Source: Chiloscyllium plagiosum (Eukaryota). Taken from it: DNA of 64,000 nucleotides. Of this stretch, positions 24,859 through 37,459 are shown in pieces (within the stretch, counting starts at the first letter, position 1; every line of letters begins with the position of its first letter). The translations under genes and the position numbers were made by a program. The stretch is from contig NC_057751.1 of assembly GCF_004010195.1 (NCBI RefSeq), positions 6,018,997-6,082,996 on the forward strand, written 5' to 3'. The notes below the pieces were generated by a model. The model was not told the DNA's origin. It saw nothing but the letters and a program-made list of their open reading frames with translations, and ran no database searches.

Positions 24859-27800
24859 ATGGTTGGTCAGTCGGTTAAGTGGTGCACCTGGAATGTCAAG
24901 GGGAGTAATTCGCCACTCAAAAGGAAGAAAATATTATCAAATCTTAAGAAGGAAAGGGTTGATAGAGCTCTCCTACAAGAGACACACCTCTTGGATAACG
25001 AACACTTGAAATTACGACAGGGCGGATTTGATCAGGCCTTTTTTTCTTCTTTTAGCTCAAAAAGCAGGGGAGTTGTTATTCTTGTTCGGAAGAATTTTCC
25101 TTTCAAAATCCTCAATCAGATAAAAGATGAATCTGGACGATATATTTTGATTAAAGCCCTTATAAATGGAGAGGAATGTGGGATTTTAAATTTGTACTGT
25201 CCCCCGGCACACCCCTTTAAATTTATAACGGAAGCCTTCTCAAAATTGATGGCTCTTGGTGCACGTCATACAATTATAGAGGGAGACTTTAATTGTATTA
25301 TGGATCTGGAAATAGATAGGATTCCCAAGAGTATTGCAGGCGTATCTCCCAGATCTAGACAATTGTTGTTTTTCTACAAAGAATTTGGACTAGTAGATGT
25401 GTGGAGATGTCTTCATCCACAGGGCAGAGATTTTTCTTTTTACTCCAATCCACATAAATGTCATACCAGAATTGATATATTTTTTGCCCCCTCGATTTTT
25501 TAAAATTCCATATCATCCTGTAAAATAGGTAGTATAGCAATTTCCGACCACGCTGCTGTATATATAGAAACCAAGGCGAGGAACAACGGGACATTCCCTC
25601 AGCACTGGCGTATGGACCACTTCCTAATGAAAGATAGTAAGTTTGTAAAGTACTTCTCTCAAGAATTTAAAACTTTTTTCGACATTAATTTAGGTATGGC
25701 TAGCAACCCATCAATGATGTGGGAGACCATCAAAGCTTACGCGCGAGGTTTATCATCTCCTACTCAGCGACCCAGAAAAAATTAAAGGGAGAACAACAGC
25801 GTCTGCTCGAAGCTCGCTTAAAAGCAGCTGAAACAGCATACGCTGATAGACCTTAATTGCAAAGGATTACGGACGTTAGGACAGCTCTAAGCACTACGCT
25901 TACCCAAACGGCTCAGAGGGAAATATTATTTGCAAAACAAAGGTTATATGAATTTGGTGACAAGCGGGTAGATACTTAACATTTCTTGCAAAGAAAAAAA
26001 AGGCCCCTCAAACTATCATGTCTATCAAGGAAAGTACGGGTATTTTGACTCATGATCATAAAAAGATTAATGCGATCTTTAGAGAATTTTATTCTGAGTT
26101 ATATAAATCGCAGGATTGTGAAGATAGGACGAGGACGATGCAATCATTTTTTAAAAATTTGACCTTTCTGGGCCTAACTCCGGAACAGGTATCAGTCTTA
26201 AATGCTCCCCTAACAGACCAAGAAATACTTGACGTAATCAGACAACTTCAGAGCGGTAAGGCGCCAGGCCCAGATGGTTTTCAAGCTGAATTCTATAAAG
26301 AATTTACAGAAATATTGGCTGGTCCACTTATGGACATGTATAACTATGCATATAGTCAGGGCTGTCTCCCGCCTTTGCTGAAAGAGGCAAATATCTCTCT
26401 TATCCTTAAAAAAGGAAAGGATCCAGAAGATTGTACGACATACAGACCAATATCCTTGCTAAATGTAGATTTTAAAATCCTTTCTAAAACGTTAGCATTG
26501 AGACTAGAAAGGGTACTGCCACATATCATAAAGGAGGATCAGACTGGGTTTATTAAGGGCCGTAGATCATCCAATAATATTATAGAACATAGAACATAGA
26601 AGAATACAGCGCAGTACAGGCCCTTCGGCCCTCGATGTTGCGCCGATCCAAGCCCACCTAACCTACACTAGCCCACTATCCTCCATATGCCAATCCAATG
26701 CCCGCTTAAATGCCCATAATGAGGAAGAGTCCACCACTGCTACTGGCAGGACATTCCATGAACTCACGACTCGCTGAGTAAAGAACATACCCNNNNNNNN
26801 NNNNNNNNNNNNNNNNNNNNNNNNNNNNNNNNNNNNNNNNNNNNNNNNNNNNNNNNNNNNNNNNNNNNNNNNNNNNNNNNNNNNNNNNNNNNNNNNNNNN
26901 NNNNNNNNNNNNNNNNNNNNNNNNNNNNNNNNNNNNNNNNNNNNNNNNNNNNNNNNNNNNNNNNNNNNNNNNNNNNNNNNNNNNNNNNNNNNNNNNNNNN
27001 NNNNNNNNNNNNNNNNNNNNNNNNNNNNNNNNNNNNNNNNNNNNNNNNNNNNNNNNNNNNNNNNNNNNNNNNNNNNNNNNNNNNNNNNNNNNNNNNNNNN
27101 NNNNNNNNNNNNNNNNNNNNNNNNNNNNNNNNNNNNNNNNNNNNNNNNNNNNNNNNNNNNNNNNNNNNNNNNNNNNNNNNNNNNNNNNNNNNNNNNNNNN
27201 NNNNNNNNNNNNNNNNNNNNNNNNNNNNNNNNNNNNNNNNNNNNNNNNNNNNNNNNNNNNNNNNNNNNNNNNNNNNNNNNNNNNNNNNNNNNNNNNNNNN
27301 NNNNNNNNNNNNNNNNNNNNNNNNNNNNNNNNNNNNNNNNNNNNNNNNNNNNNNNNNNNNNNNNNNNNNNNNNNNNNNNNNNNNNNNNNNNNNNNNNNNN
27401 NNNNNNNNNNNNNNNNNNNNNNNNNNNNNNNNNNNNNNNNNNNNNNNNNNNNNNNNNNNNNNNNNNNNNNNNNNNNNNNNNNNNNNNNNNNNNNNNNNNN
27501 NNNNNNNNNNNNNNNNNNNNNNNNNNNNNNNNNNNNNNNNNNNNNNNNNNNNNNNNNNNNNNNNNNNNNNNNNNNNNNNNNNNNNNNNNNNNNNNNNNNN
27601 NNNNNNNNNNNNNNNNNNNNNNNNNNNNNNNNNNNNNNNNNNNNNNNNNNNNNNNNNNNNNNNNNNNNNNNNNNNNNNNNNNNNNNNNNNNNNNNNNNNN
27701 NNNNNNNNNNNNNNNNNNNNNNNNNNNNNNNNNNNNNNNNNNNNNNNNNNNNNNNNNNNNNNNNNNNNNNNTTATTAGATAGTCTTTATAAATCAGATAG

Positions 27801-28492
27801 AGAATGTAGAGTGCTACGGCCAATGGGGATATCCTCCATCAGTACCATTTATCATTTACTACATGAAGTATCGGGAGATATGAACAATCTGCTTAAAACA
27901 TGGGATCAGGAATTGGAACTAGAAATCTCTATAGAAACGTGGAATGACATTTGGGAAAACGCCAGAAGAATCACCAACTGTAACAGAACCCAGGCTATCC
28001 AGCTGAAGATACTTCATAGGGCCCATCTAGCACCGGATCGAGTGGCAAAATTTAAGGCAAGAGCATCTCCAATGTGTCCCAAGTGTAAAATAGAGGTGGG
28101 CACTCTTGTACATTGCCTATGGACCTGTCATAAGATCCGTAGATACTGGACTAAAGTAGCAAGTACCCTGACAGAAATTTTAAGAACGGAAATTAAAGTG
28201 GACCCTGTATCTCTCCTTTTGGGCTTTTCGAACTTTTCCTCCCTGGACATGCACGGGAAGAGACTATTTTCTATTCTCTCTTTCTGTGCAAGGAAAAATA
28301 TTTTGTTAACTGGGTGGCTGAGGGCCCCCCTGGACTTTCAAATTGGCAGAGATTAATTATGGAATGTATTCCCCTTGACGTCCTTACAAATATAGTGCAC
28401 CGAAAGACCGAATTATTTTTAAAATATGGCAGCCCTTCTTGAATTATATGAATACAGATATTTTGGCTATCCTAACAAGGGCTTTTATTTAA
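24859..28492 (+). pseudogene. L1 ORF2 (APE endonuclease, reverse transcriptase, C-terminal zinc knuckle), disrupted
   Basis: TWNVKG, LQETH, GDFN, TRID, SDH; GKAPGPDGF, YRPISLLNVDFKILSK, DQTGFIKGR; CPKC..GTLVHCLWTC. It has stops, frameshifts and a CR1 insertion at 26582. Confidence 0.92.
26582..26792 (-). mobile_element. CR1 3' end inserted into L1 ORF2 (continues into gap)
   Basis: (ATAGAAC)n tail and CAGGCCCTTCGGCCC; the minus strand reads FFTQRVVSSWNVLPVAVV..FKRALD. Confidence 0.88.
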
Positions 28493-29769
28493 TTGAGATT
28501 GCGAACCTGGCTGGTCCGGGGCCCCTTAGGAGAGGAATCCCGCACGAATACGGGTTTTGTTACATTTGATGTTAACACATTCCGAGCATGTATCTCACTA
28601 CCCAATTTCTATGTTATCCATTGTTTTTTTGTTTTTTTTCTCTTTCTCTTATTTGAATAATGTAAGAGACTTAAATATTCACTCTGGGTAGTTGTAGGTT
28701 AGATTAGTGGTTAGTTGAGTTTTGTTTTTTTTTCTCGGTATTTTTCTTTTGTTAAATTTTGGCTATTATATATTTAAGATTTAATTGTATATCAATGTTT
28801 GTACTTGAGAGTTTTGTTTATTTTTGTAAACTTGTAAAAATGTTAAATTTCTAATAAAAATATCTATAAAAAAAAATACTTTTCATTGATTGAAGAAACT
28901 GATGAGAAGAGCAAGATGAGACAATGCTGTCCACACTTGTTGGTGTCTGTAACATGCTGATAACAGCTGATGTGATCTCATGCACTGAAATATTTTTCGA
29001 ACAAGGGCGAGCTTTGTTTAGAGGTTGCTCTTTGGATCAGTGAGTCTGGAATGGAATTTGGATGAGAATTCTTGAGTTTTTGGAATGTGAGAATTTGATT
29101 TTATGCTTCACACAACCAAAGAAGATTACTCGGCTTGGAATTCAAATTAGTTGGCGTCTGAGTCTCATTGTTATGTGTAATAGTATCGTGAATAAATGTG
29201 GGAAGGATTGAGAGGTCATGACATAATTGAAGACTATTTCCATTCAAGAAAAGAGGTAACAGAAAACAGGAAACTCGAAGCCAGTTAGATTTACATCTGT
29301 CAGTGGAAAAATGCTGGACTCCATTATTATGGACATTTAGAAAGCCATTGTATAAATTAATCAGTTTTAAATTAATTTTGTGCAAGGGAAATTGGGTGGT
29401 ATCTTTCATAGGGCGTATATAATGTTGGCCACGGTCAGATTTGTGGCAGAGTCATGTGACAATTTCAGCAAGGCCTTTCTTGATGTTGGGAACAACTCAC
29501 CGCATCTTTTATTCATCTGCCCTGGTGTCAAGCTGAGTTTCTCAAGAGACAGCAGCAAGTTGCTTATGAAGGGGGATTATTGCTTCTGAAAAGCACAGCA
29601 CACCTCATTAATCTGTAGCTTCCTATCTCACCAAATATGCTGAATAAACTCGATGCCCAGAGTGGTTTCTGCCAACAACAACTTGGTGTTTGATCCAAAG
29701 GACCTTGCTGTTTCTTTCTCATTTAAGATTCCCTTCATTGGAACCCTTCCTCCTCATTAATTAATTTAA

Positions 29770-30132
29770 AGTTCAATCTACGACCCTTGTTGTATGATTC
29801 GCCACAATCTTGGTCTCAACATGGTTCAAGTGAGCCTTTCCCATATACTGGTGTTGGTGCCCATGAATCAGAATTCATACTCCCACACAAATCCTTGAGG
29901 CACACAATCACCTCTCTCATCTTGTTTATCCAAGTCAATTTGCACAAGGCACAGGTAGTATTATGCGGCCTATTACCTTCTTAGTTCTGATTTTTAATTT
30001 AGGCCTGAGGTGCTCGTAATCCCTCAGCAGAAACTCTTTCCTCATCCTCCCTTTGTCACTGGTACTTGTGTGGACTATGATCACTGGATTCCTCCCCTCC
30101 CACTCCAAGTTTTCCTCAAGCTCAGAAGATAT
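29770..30132 (-). mobile_element. CR1 ORF1 esterase-like (SGNH) fragment
   Basis: EGRNPVIIVHTSTSDKGR..LKIRTKKVI..ILPVPCA resembles CR1 ORF1 VVHVGTNDIGR..VVISGLLPVPRA. Confidence 0.65.
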
Positions 30133-30810
30133 TGTGACAAAGTCAAAAGAGTGTATGTGCACTTTAAGATAGCAAGTGTTTCCTGAATTCAGTGCAGAGA
30201 CTGAACCCCTTCAGTAATTGAAACCAAACACCCACAACAGCTCGCATCACCTCGACATCTGTTAAGAGTGTGAAGGAGTGAAAGAGAACTCCTAATTTAC
30301 ATTATGTAAAGAAAAATAATTTATTTTCCTAACAGAACACTAAATAAAAGCAATTACAAATCCTTTTCTTCCACTAATTACTATTTCACCCAACTCCATA
30401 AAAATGCTGCTCCAATAACACAATCATTAAACATTACATTAACTTAATCTCAAGTCCATACAGTCTCTGACTTCTCCACTGTCTTCAATCTTCTGTCTGC
30501 TGATTTCCCGGGTCTTATTCTTTCTTTTTACTGCTTTTACAGGAAAAGGTACCTTTTGATAGAGAATGCTTTCTTATTACTTTTAGAGCAAGTTGTTAGA
30601 TGGGCAATTAGCTCTCTGGCTCTATGGCAGTTGCTCAGCTGTTTGGTAGCAGTTGCTCTGACCATTTTCAAAATGCCCTGGGTTTATACTCCCCAACATC
30701 GTACCCTCCCATTGGTATCAAGAAGCACCATGTTTAAAGGGACCACGCAATGCTTTCCCCATTTTATGATTCTACAATTTTACAAAACACCAAATTCGTA
30801 ATCCATAATT
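30133..30810. mobile_element. Possible solo LTR of another family
   Basis: Begins TGTGACA abruptly at the end of the CR1 fragment and ends near ..ATCCATAA. No clear TSD. Confidence 0.35.
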
Positions 30811-30864
30811 ACTCCACCCAACTTTGCAACAATATGATTAGCAAACTTAAATGTAATATTTTGG

Positions 30865-31381
30865 AGAACATAAGAAATAGGAGCAGGAATAGGCCATCTG
30901 GCCGTTTGAGCCCACATCACCATTCAGTAAGATCATAACTGATCTTTTTGTGGCCTCAGCTGCACTTACCCACCCTCTCATCAAAACCCTTCATTCTTTT
31001 ACAGTTCAAAAAATTAGCTTTAAAGACATTCAGTGAGGAGGCCTCAACTACTTGACTGGACATGGAATTCTACAGATTCACAACCGTCTGGCTGAAGAAG
31101 TTCCTTCTCAATTCAGCCTTAAATCTGCTCCTCCTAATTTTGAGGCTTTGCCCTCTTGATCTAGTTTCACCCACCATGGAAACATCCTCTCTACTTCTAT
31201 CTGATCTATTCCTTTCATAATTTTATATTGTCTATAAGATCCCCCTCATTCTTCTAAATTCCAATGAACATAATCCCATTCTACTCAGTCTCTCCTCATA
31301 AGCCAACCCCCTCAACTCTGGAATCAACCGAACCTTCTCTGCACCCCCTCTAATGCTGGTATATCCTTTCTCAAGTAAGGA
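30865..31381 (-). mobile_element. CR1 LINE 3' fragment
   Basis: Minus strand reads RLIPELRGLAYEERLSRMGLCSLEFRRMRG; tail AGAACATAAGAAATAGGAGCAGGA. Confidence 0.85.
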
Positions 31382-31399
31382 AGTTTGACAACTGTCCTG

Positions 31400-33640
31400 A
31401 TCTGGTGATTGCATACATATCTGGAGAGCTATGTGTTGTTCTTCTTACTGCTGGTTGCAGTCTCTCAGCATCATTGCATCATCACCATTGGTGTTTTCTT
31501 TCATACTGTCTGCATGCATGGTTGGCATGTTGTGCATTGGTCTGAGCTAGCTTCTGTTCCTTTACATCGCAGTATGATCAGGAATGATTTCATAAAGTAT
31601 GGACTGGTTGCATATTTTAGAAACTTTGGCTGACATCCAGATACAGGTATTTCTGACTGGATTTTTCACTCTCATTTTTGGTCCAGTGCTCAGTGGCAGT
31701 CATTCTCTTGCTTCATTCTCTTTCATTGTCTTCTGTACTTCAAGAAGAATGTCCCATGTTTTGGAATGGTTAGACAATTGGCCATTTACAGTTGCCTTCA
31801 ATGTATTAATTGTACAGGGTATAGTACTCCCTTCTCCATTGGTTTTTTATGAAAATGCAGCAATACAGTGTGAAAACATTGTTTGTTGCTTACTAGGATT
31901 TGATTTGAGCAAGGATAATTGGGCAATGATGAAATGTGGGCCACTTCCCACATAGCATTCATGTCTTAGAATGGCTTGCAAGTCAACTATGGTTCATTGT
32001 CAGGCACCACCTGATCCAACTTACTTTTAGTCGAAAAGGAAGGTCACTGTTTAAAAGACAGTAGCTAACTTATTGAACAATGGGAAATTTGGATTCTTAC
32101 CTGAGAGCAATACAGGGCCTACAGCTTGATAGGTCTTGAACTTTAACTGGAATGAAGGTAAGCCTGCATCCTAATTATTGAATTTGCAGATTACCCAAAT
32201 GAATTTCTTGCTGTGACTCTTCCAAATATTTTGTGATCCAGGGCTGCATAATCTTCATTGAGGTTTCCACATGTCTGCAAATAAGTTTTTTCCAAGCAGA
32301 TGCTGCTGCTTCGCACTGCACTGCCATATGATGCAATATCATGTCAGTATCTGGGAATTGATTCTTTCTAATCAGCTAGCATTATTAACCTAAATCTGTT
32401 CTGTCCTCATAATTTGTCATTAACATAGTGATAGGCATTTTACCTTCAGGAGAATATTCATATCTGATCAGATGATACTTATGTTTGCTCCTTTAATAAA
32501 AGCACTAGATGTGTGTAATGTCGGACTGAAATATTCCATCGATTTTTCTCACTCCTACTGGCATCTACTTTTATTACAGTTGGAGGCGTTTGTGTCTCTG
32601 GGCTGAAGCAAAGCATTTAGATGTAAACTGCAGCATGCTTCCCTCAACATATCATGCTGGGAAAGGACTCAGTCAGATGGAGACTGAGCCCTCTATACTA
32701 TCAGATCACATGTTATGACACACTGGAATTTTTTTCTATTCATTCAAGAGGGTATTGCTGGCGAGGCCAGCATTTATTGGCTATTCCAGGGGGTAGTTGA
32801 GAGTCAACTACTTTGCTGTGTGTCTGGAGTCACATGTAGTTCAGACCAGGTAAGGATAGCAGTTTCCCTCCCGAAAGGACATTAGTGAAGCAGGTGGGTT
32901 TTTTGGACAGTCAGCAATGGTTTTGTGGTCATTACTAGACTCTTGATTCCAAATTTTTATTGAATACAAATTTCACCATTTGCCATGATGGGATTCGAAG
33001 ATTACCTGGGTCTCTGGATTAACAGTTCAGCAATAATACCATTCGGTCATTGCCTTCCTGTTTGGAGGAAACTGGTCATATGAATGCATATCCCTTAAAG
33101 ATAGATTGTGGGCTAGCTGTTGGACATAACACAACACAATATAGATGGCTGGCTGCTGATAGCTACATACATATTGATTGAAGTGTTTGAATAAACCAGT
33201 GGAGAACAATCACTTCTTCACCTTCAAAAATCTTTTTGAGGTGAGTTGATCTGAATATCTGTTTCGATGATCCAGCACCGACTCTCCTATTCTGTTTGTA
33301 AAAAGGCCTCTTGTTTCAAATACTATATAAATGCATCCTGTTGCATTGAATCTGTCCTCACAATGCACGTTAGTTACATCTTCAGAACCTCTTCTCATCT
33401 GGAAATTATAAAGTCATATCTGTTGCCAGTGACTGAAAGTCCATCCAAATCTTGGCTGTCTAAAATAGGAAGGAAGTAAAGTGCACCATGTAGCAGATTA
33501 GAACTGAAATATATTTGATGTTGGGTTCACTTGGTCTAACCCTCGTATTGATATATCATAATGCACTCAATACACCTCATTGTGCATGATGTAGTTCAAT
33601 TGTGGTCATGGTATTCGATGTAGCTTGAGGCATTGGCAAA
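31400..33640 (-). mobile_element. Highly decayed Gypsy-like pol relic, interrupted by a SINE
   Basis: Minus strand near 31540-31700 reads LSTGPKMRVKNPVRNT..WMSAKV...SILYEI...RNRS*LRP, resembling a Gypsy integrase C-terminus (VRV..W.PA.V..PRSY.V...RRNR.HLR). Weak RT-like remnants lie near 33500. Confidence 0.35.
32722..33060 (-). mobile_element. tRNA-derived SINE (same family as 60355-60710)
   Basis: Reverse complement shares GGCAATG...TTAATCCA...AATCC..CATGGCA.ATGGTG and CTTACCTGGTCTG..CT.CATGTGACTCCA with the 60.4-kb copy. Confidence 0.75.
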
Positions 33641-34219
33641 TATTAGAGGAGGACATTAAAAGCACTAATCTTTAGCCCTTTGGGAAGTGTGCAGCAAGAG
33701 GAGTTAAATGAAATACTGCTGAATGATAGTTTAAAGGAGCAATATGGGAAAATAATGCAAGGAACTGACCTGGTTTGAATAAAATAGATACTGAGAGACA
33801 TGTGCTTGTTTTAGTAATGACACTGAATATTTTATATCGCAGAACTTCAAAAGTGGTCAAAGTAAATTAGTGAGAAGTTATTACATCAGGGTCAATGGAT
33901 AATGTGATAGCATTTTTAAATGTAAACCAAATCATGGAGAAAGGTCATTGAAAGGGTAGTTGATCAGTACATGACAGAAAAAAAAGAATAGATGGGTATA
34001 CTGATGCTGTTAGATGATGTAAGAAGAGAGGAAGTTCATATTGAGCCTAAATAATACCCTGTGCAACTTATTCATTATTTTGAGGAGACCAATGACGTCT
34101 TCCTCAACTCTTCTCTTGATGAAAGAGAAAAATCCCAACCCATTCAATCGTTACCAATCCTGTTAGTTCTGGAACCAATGGAGTTCACCTTTTTTTTTCA
34201 TTTTGACCAGGGCTGTATG

Positions 34220-34480
34220 CCTTGATAATGCTGCAATATTGGTCAGAATTAATTGTTTCTCTTGAAATAAGGCCATGGAATCTTCATCATCCACATGGAG
34301 CAGGGGAACAAGCAAAGAGGACCGAAAACTTATTGTCTCAACCGAATGATTGTATCTCAGACAAGACAGCACTCCCTTAATGTCCTAGAGTGTCATACTA
34401 GCCCAAATATTCAAATCCTAGAGTGGAGCTGAACTCATATTCTCTTGATTTAGAGCAAGAATGCCGTAAACTGAGGCAAG
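34220..34480 (-). mobile_element. Deu-domain SINE relic (5' part)
   Basis: Reverse complement has GGGAGTGCTG..GTGGATGATGAAGATTCCATGGC.TTATTTCAAGAG, like the AmnSINE1/SacSINE1 Deu domain. Confidence 0.5.
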
Positions 34481-35721
34481 TGTTGGACAGTGATCCTTGA
34501 GTGAAAGGAGTAGCAGCATGTATTGGAAATCCAACCAGTTCTATGACATTGATATGTACCTTTAAATCACTGCATTTTCAAGGAATAACAAGGATACAAT
34601 TGTCAGCATTTGACACAAATATCATGGATCAAATTACAAATCGCTCAACTTCAAGTCCAGTCTGGATAAATAGGGTTAAGTACAAAGAAAAGATTCTACA
34701 GAGCTGTGTGGAATCTTTAATAATGGTTCAGAAAGGATTTATATGACTTACATTTTTTATAACTAATGCGCATGCAAAAATTGCATTATAACAAGGCCAT
34801 GAGTGGTGTAAATCGCCTATGCTCTGCACTTCAATGTTTTATGGCTTTGGCATGGATAAGTGTTTAAAACTGTGATACATATTTAAAAAAAAAATTAACA
34901 ATACCTGCAGTCTTGCTTTAAATAATACACAGGTATCAGTTCACAGGGGAAGTTAAAATTAGTAACTTGAAAATTGCAAAGAAACAACAGATGTAGGCAG
35001 TTGATCAGTACCCTCTGGAAATATGATTTAATCTTCCTGTATTTTCTAAGCAAAATCAGTGATCAGGGAAAGCAAAACAAAGGACATATCACGGGGTAGA
35101 CATTTTAAAGGATATGAGTGACTTACATGAGAGAAACTATTAAATCCAAAAGATTCAGTAAAGAAAATAAGGAGAATTTTCAAGGACAACAAATTGGGTG
35201 TAATGTAATAAACTAGTTTGTTTTTGTAGTCCATACCTCCTTTTTGGAACAATTTATTTTTCCAGTGATACAACTGGAACTCACTTGCACTACTTGCTTC
35301 AACATAGACCCCCTGCTTCACTGCAAACAACACCCTACAGATGAGGAAGCTTTGCCTAATTTCCCTATCAACACATTAACTCCTCTACTTTAGCTAAATT
35401 CAACAATAGTGACAAAATGGTTTGTGTATCAAATCTGATAAGTTTTAGGACCCTTATCCATGTTGACTACCAGCAGGTACTTTAATTCTGATATGTGCAG
35501 AATTACTGTATTTTGCTTCATAAGCAGAGCCAACTTGCTATATAAGGCAGTTTTTTGTGATATATCAAAAGTATTTTGTATAAGTCATCAGGTGTACATT
35601 TGGCATAATCATATCTTGCTTTGACCATTGCTTATGCTGTGTCAGGTATCTTCGCATTTCTGCCTTTCAAGGATGGCCATTACACAAAAAAATGGATTGC
35701 ATTACTCCCAGTGTTGACTTT

Positions 35722-37160
35722 GAGTTATAGAGTCATAGAGCTATACAGCACGGAAGCAGACCCTTCAGTCCAACATGTTCATGCCGATCAGGTATCCTAA
35801 ATAAGTCGAGTTCCATTTGCCAGCATCTGGCCCATATCCCTCTAAACCCTTCCTATTCATATACAGGCTCAACATGACCTCCCTGGGGTGGCACAGTGGC
35901 TCAGTGGTTAGCATTGCTGCCTCACAGCACCAGAGACCCAGGTTTGTTTCCAGCCTTAAGCGACTGTCTGTGTGGAGTTTGCACATTCTCCCCATGTCTA
36001 CAAGGGTTTCCTCCAGGTGCTCCGGTTTCCTCCCACAATCCAAAGTTGTGCAGGTCAGGTGAATTGGCCATGCTAAATTGTTCATAGTGTTCAGGAATGT
36101 GTAGGTTAGGTGCATTAGTCAGGGGTAAATGTAGAGTAATTGGGAAGGGGAATGAGTCTGGGTGGGTTACTCTTTGGAGGATTGGTTTGGACCTAATAGC
36201 CTGTTTCCACACTCTAGGGACTCTCTGATTCTCTGAACTCCTATACTTGATGCACTGACCAATAAAGGCAGACATACCAAATGCCCTCTTCACTGTCCTA
36301 TCTACCTACAACTCCACTGTCAAGGAACTTTGAACCAAGGCCTCTTTGTTCAGCAACACTCCCCAAATCTTTATACCATTAAGTGTATAAGTCCTTTCCT
36401 GATTTGCCTTTCCAAAATGCAGCTCACATATTTATTTCAATTAAACTCCATCTGCCACTTCTCAGCCCATTGGCCCATCTGGTCCAGATCCTGTTGTAAT
36501 CTGAGGTAACCTTCTTTGCTGTCCACTACACCTCCAATTTTGGTGTTGTCTGCAACCCTACTAACCATACCACCTTTGTTCACATCCAAATAATTGATAT
36601 AAATGATGAAAAGGAGTGGACCGAACACTGATCCTTGTGGGACACCGCTGGTCACAGGCCTCCAGTCTGAAAAGCAACCCTCCACTACCCTCTGTCTTCC
36701 ACCTTCAAGCCAATTCTGTATCCAAGTAGCTAGTTCTCCCTGTATTCCGTGTGCTCTGAACTGTCTAACCAGTCTGTCATGAGAAACCTTGTCAAATACC
36801 TTACTGAAGTCCATACAGATCATGTCCACTGCTCTGCCCTCATCAATGCTCTTTGTTACTTCTACAAAAAAACTCAATCAAGTTAGTGAGACCATGATTT
36901 CTCATGCACAAAGCCATGTTGACTATCCCTCATCAGTCCTTGCCAATCCAAATACATGTAAGTTCTGTCCCTCAGGACTTACTGCAACAACTTTCCCACC
37001 ACCAATGTCAGGCTCACAGGCCTATAGTTCCCTGCCTTTTCCTTACCACTTTTCTTAAATAGTGGAACCATGTTAGTTAACCTCCAGTCTTCTGGCACCT
37101 CACCCATGACTATTGATGATACAAATATCTCAGCAAGAGGCCCAGCGATCTCTTCCTCAG
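35722..37160 (-). mobile_element. CR1 LINE RT fragment with a nested SINE
   Basis: Minus strand reads DEGRAVDMICMDFSKVFDKVSH..VTSGVPQGSVFGPLLFIIYIN..ADNTKIGG..WAEKWQMEFN. Confidence 0.92.
35885..36236 (+). mobile_element. HE1/V-SINE-like tRNA SINE nested in CR1
   Basis: GGGTGGCACAGTGGCTCAGTGGTTAGC head, central domain TGTGTGGAGTTTGCACATTCTCCCC..GGTTTCCTCCCACAATCCAAAG and a CR1-type tail. Confidence 0.9.
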
Positions 37161-37161
37161 C

Positions 37162-37459
37162 TGAGGGTGATAGGCCGGAGAGGGGGTGGGGGCGGAGAGG
37201 TCGGGAAGAAGCCCTCTCCAGCCTATCACCCTCACCTTAACCTCCTTCCACCAATCGCATTCCCAACGCCCCTCTCCCAAGTCCCTCCTCCCTACCTTTT
37301 ATCTCAGCCTGCTTGGCACACCCTCCTCATTCCTGAAGAAGGGCTTATGCCCAAAACGTCGATTCTCCTTCTCCTTTGATGCTGCCTGACCTGCTGCACT
37401 TTTCCAGCAACACATTTTTAAGCTCTGATCTCCAGCATCTGCAGTCCTCACTTTCTTCC
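37162..37459 (+). mobile_element. Penelope-like terminal repeat with an inverted 5' segment
   Basis: 37162-37184 is the reverse complement of 37212-37234 (one mismatch). Hammerhead motif at 37329-37364; full tail present. Confidence 0.85.

Larger units (their letters stand above)
23133..28872 (+). mobile_element. L1-clade LINE retaining both ends (inactivated; spans two N gaps)
   Basis: 5' end GGGGGGATCCAAGATGGCGGC, then ORF1, ORF2 (APE endonuclease, RT, CCHC), AATAAA at 28853 and poly(A). Imperfect TSD AGAATCCTTTTC (23121-23132) / AAAATACTTTTC (28873-28884). Confidence 0.93.

Noticed and set aside
23413..25503. 696-aa ORF (and the 356/362-aa overlapping ORFs) suggesting an ORF1-ORF2 fusion
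   Set aside because: They are open only because they read through ~960 Ns. The flanks are separate L1 ORF1 and ORF2 pieces.
26663..27823. 386-aa minus-strand ORF
   Set aside because: N-gap artefact joining antisense L1 sequence to a CR1 3' end.
24769..28830. Shared 15-mer GTTTATTTTTGTAAA in the L1 inter-ORF spacer and 3'UTR
   Set aside because: Both regions are low-complexity and T-rich, so a chance match is plausible.
31599..31955. 118-aa hydrophobic ORF resembling a membrane protein
   Set aside because: It lies antisense to an A-rich, Gypsy-like relic, so the T-rich strand explains the hydrophobicity. No family motif is present.
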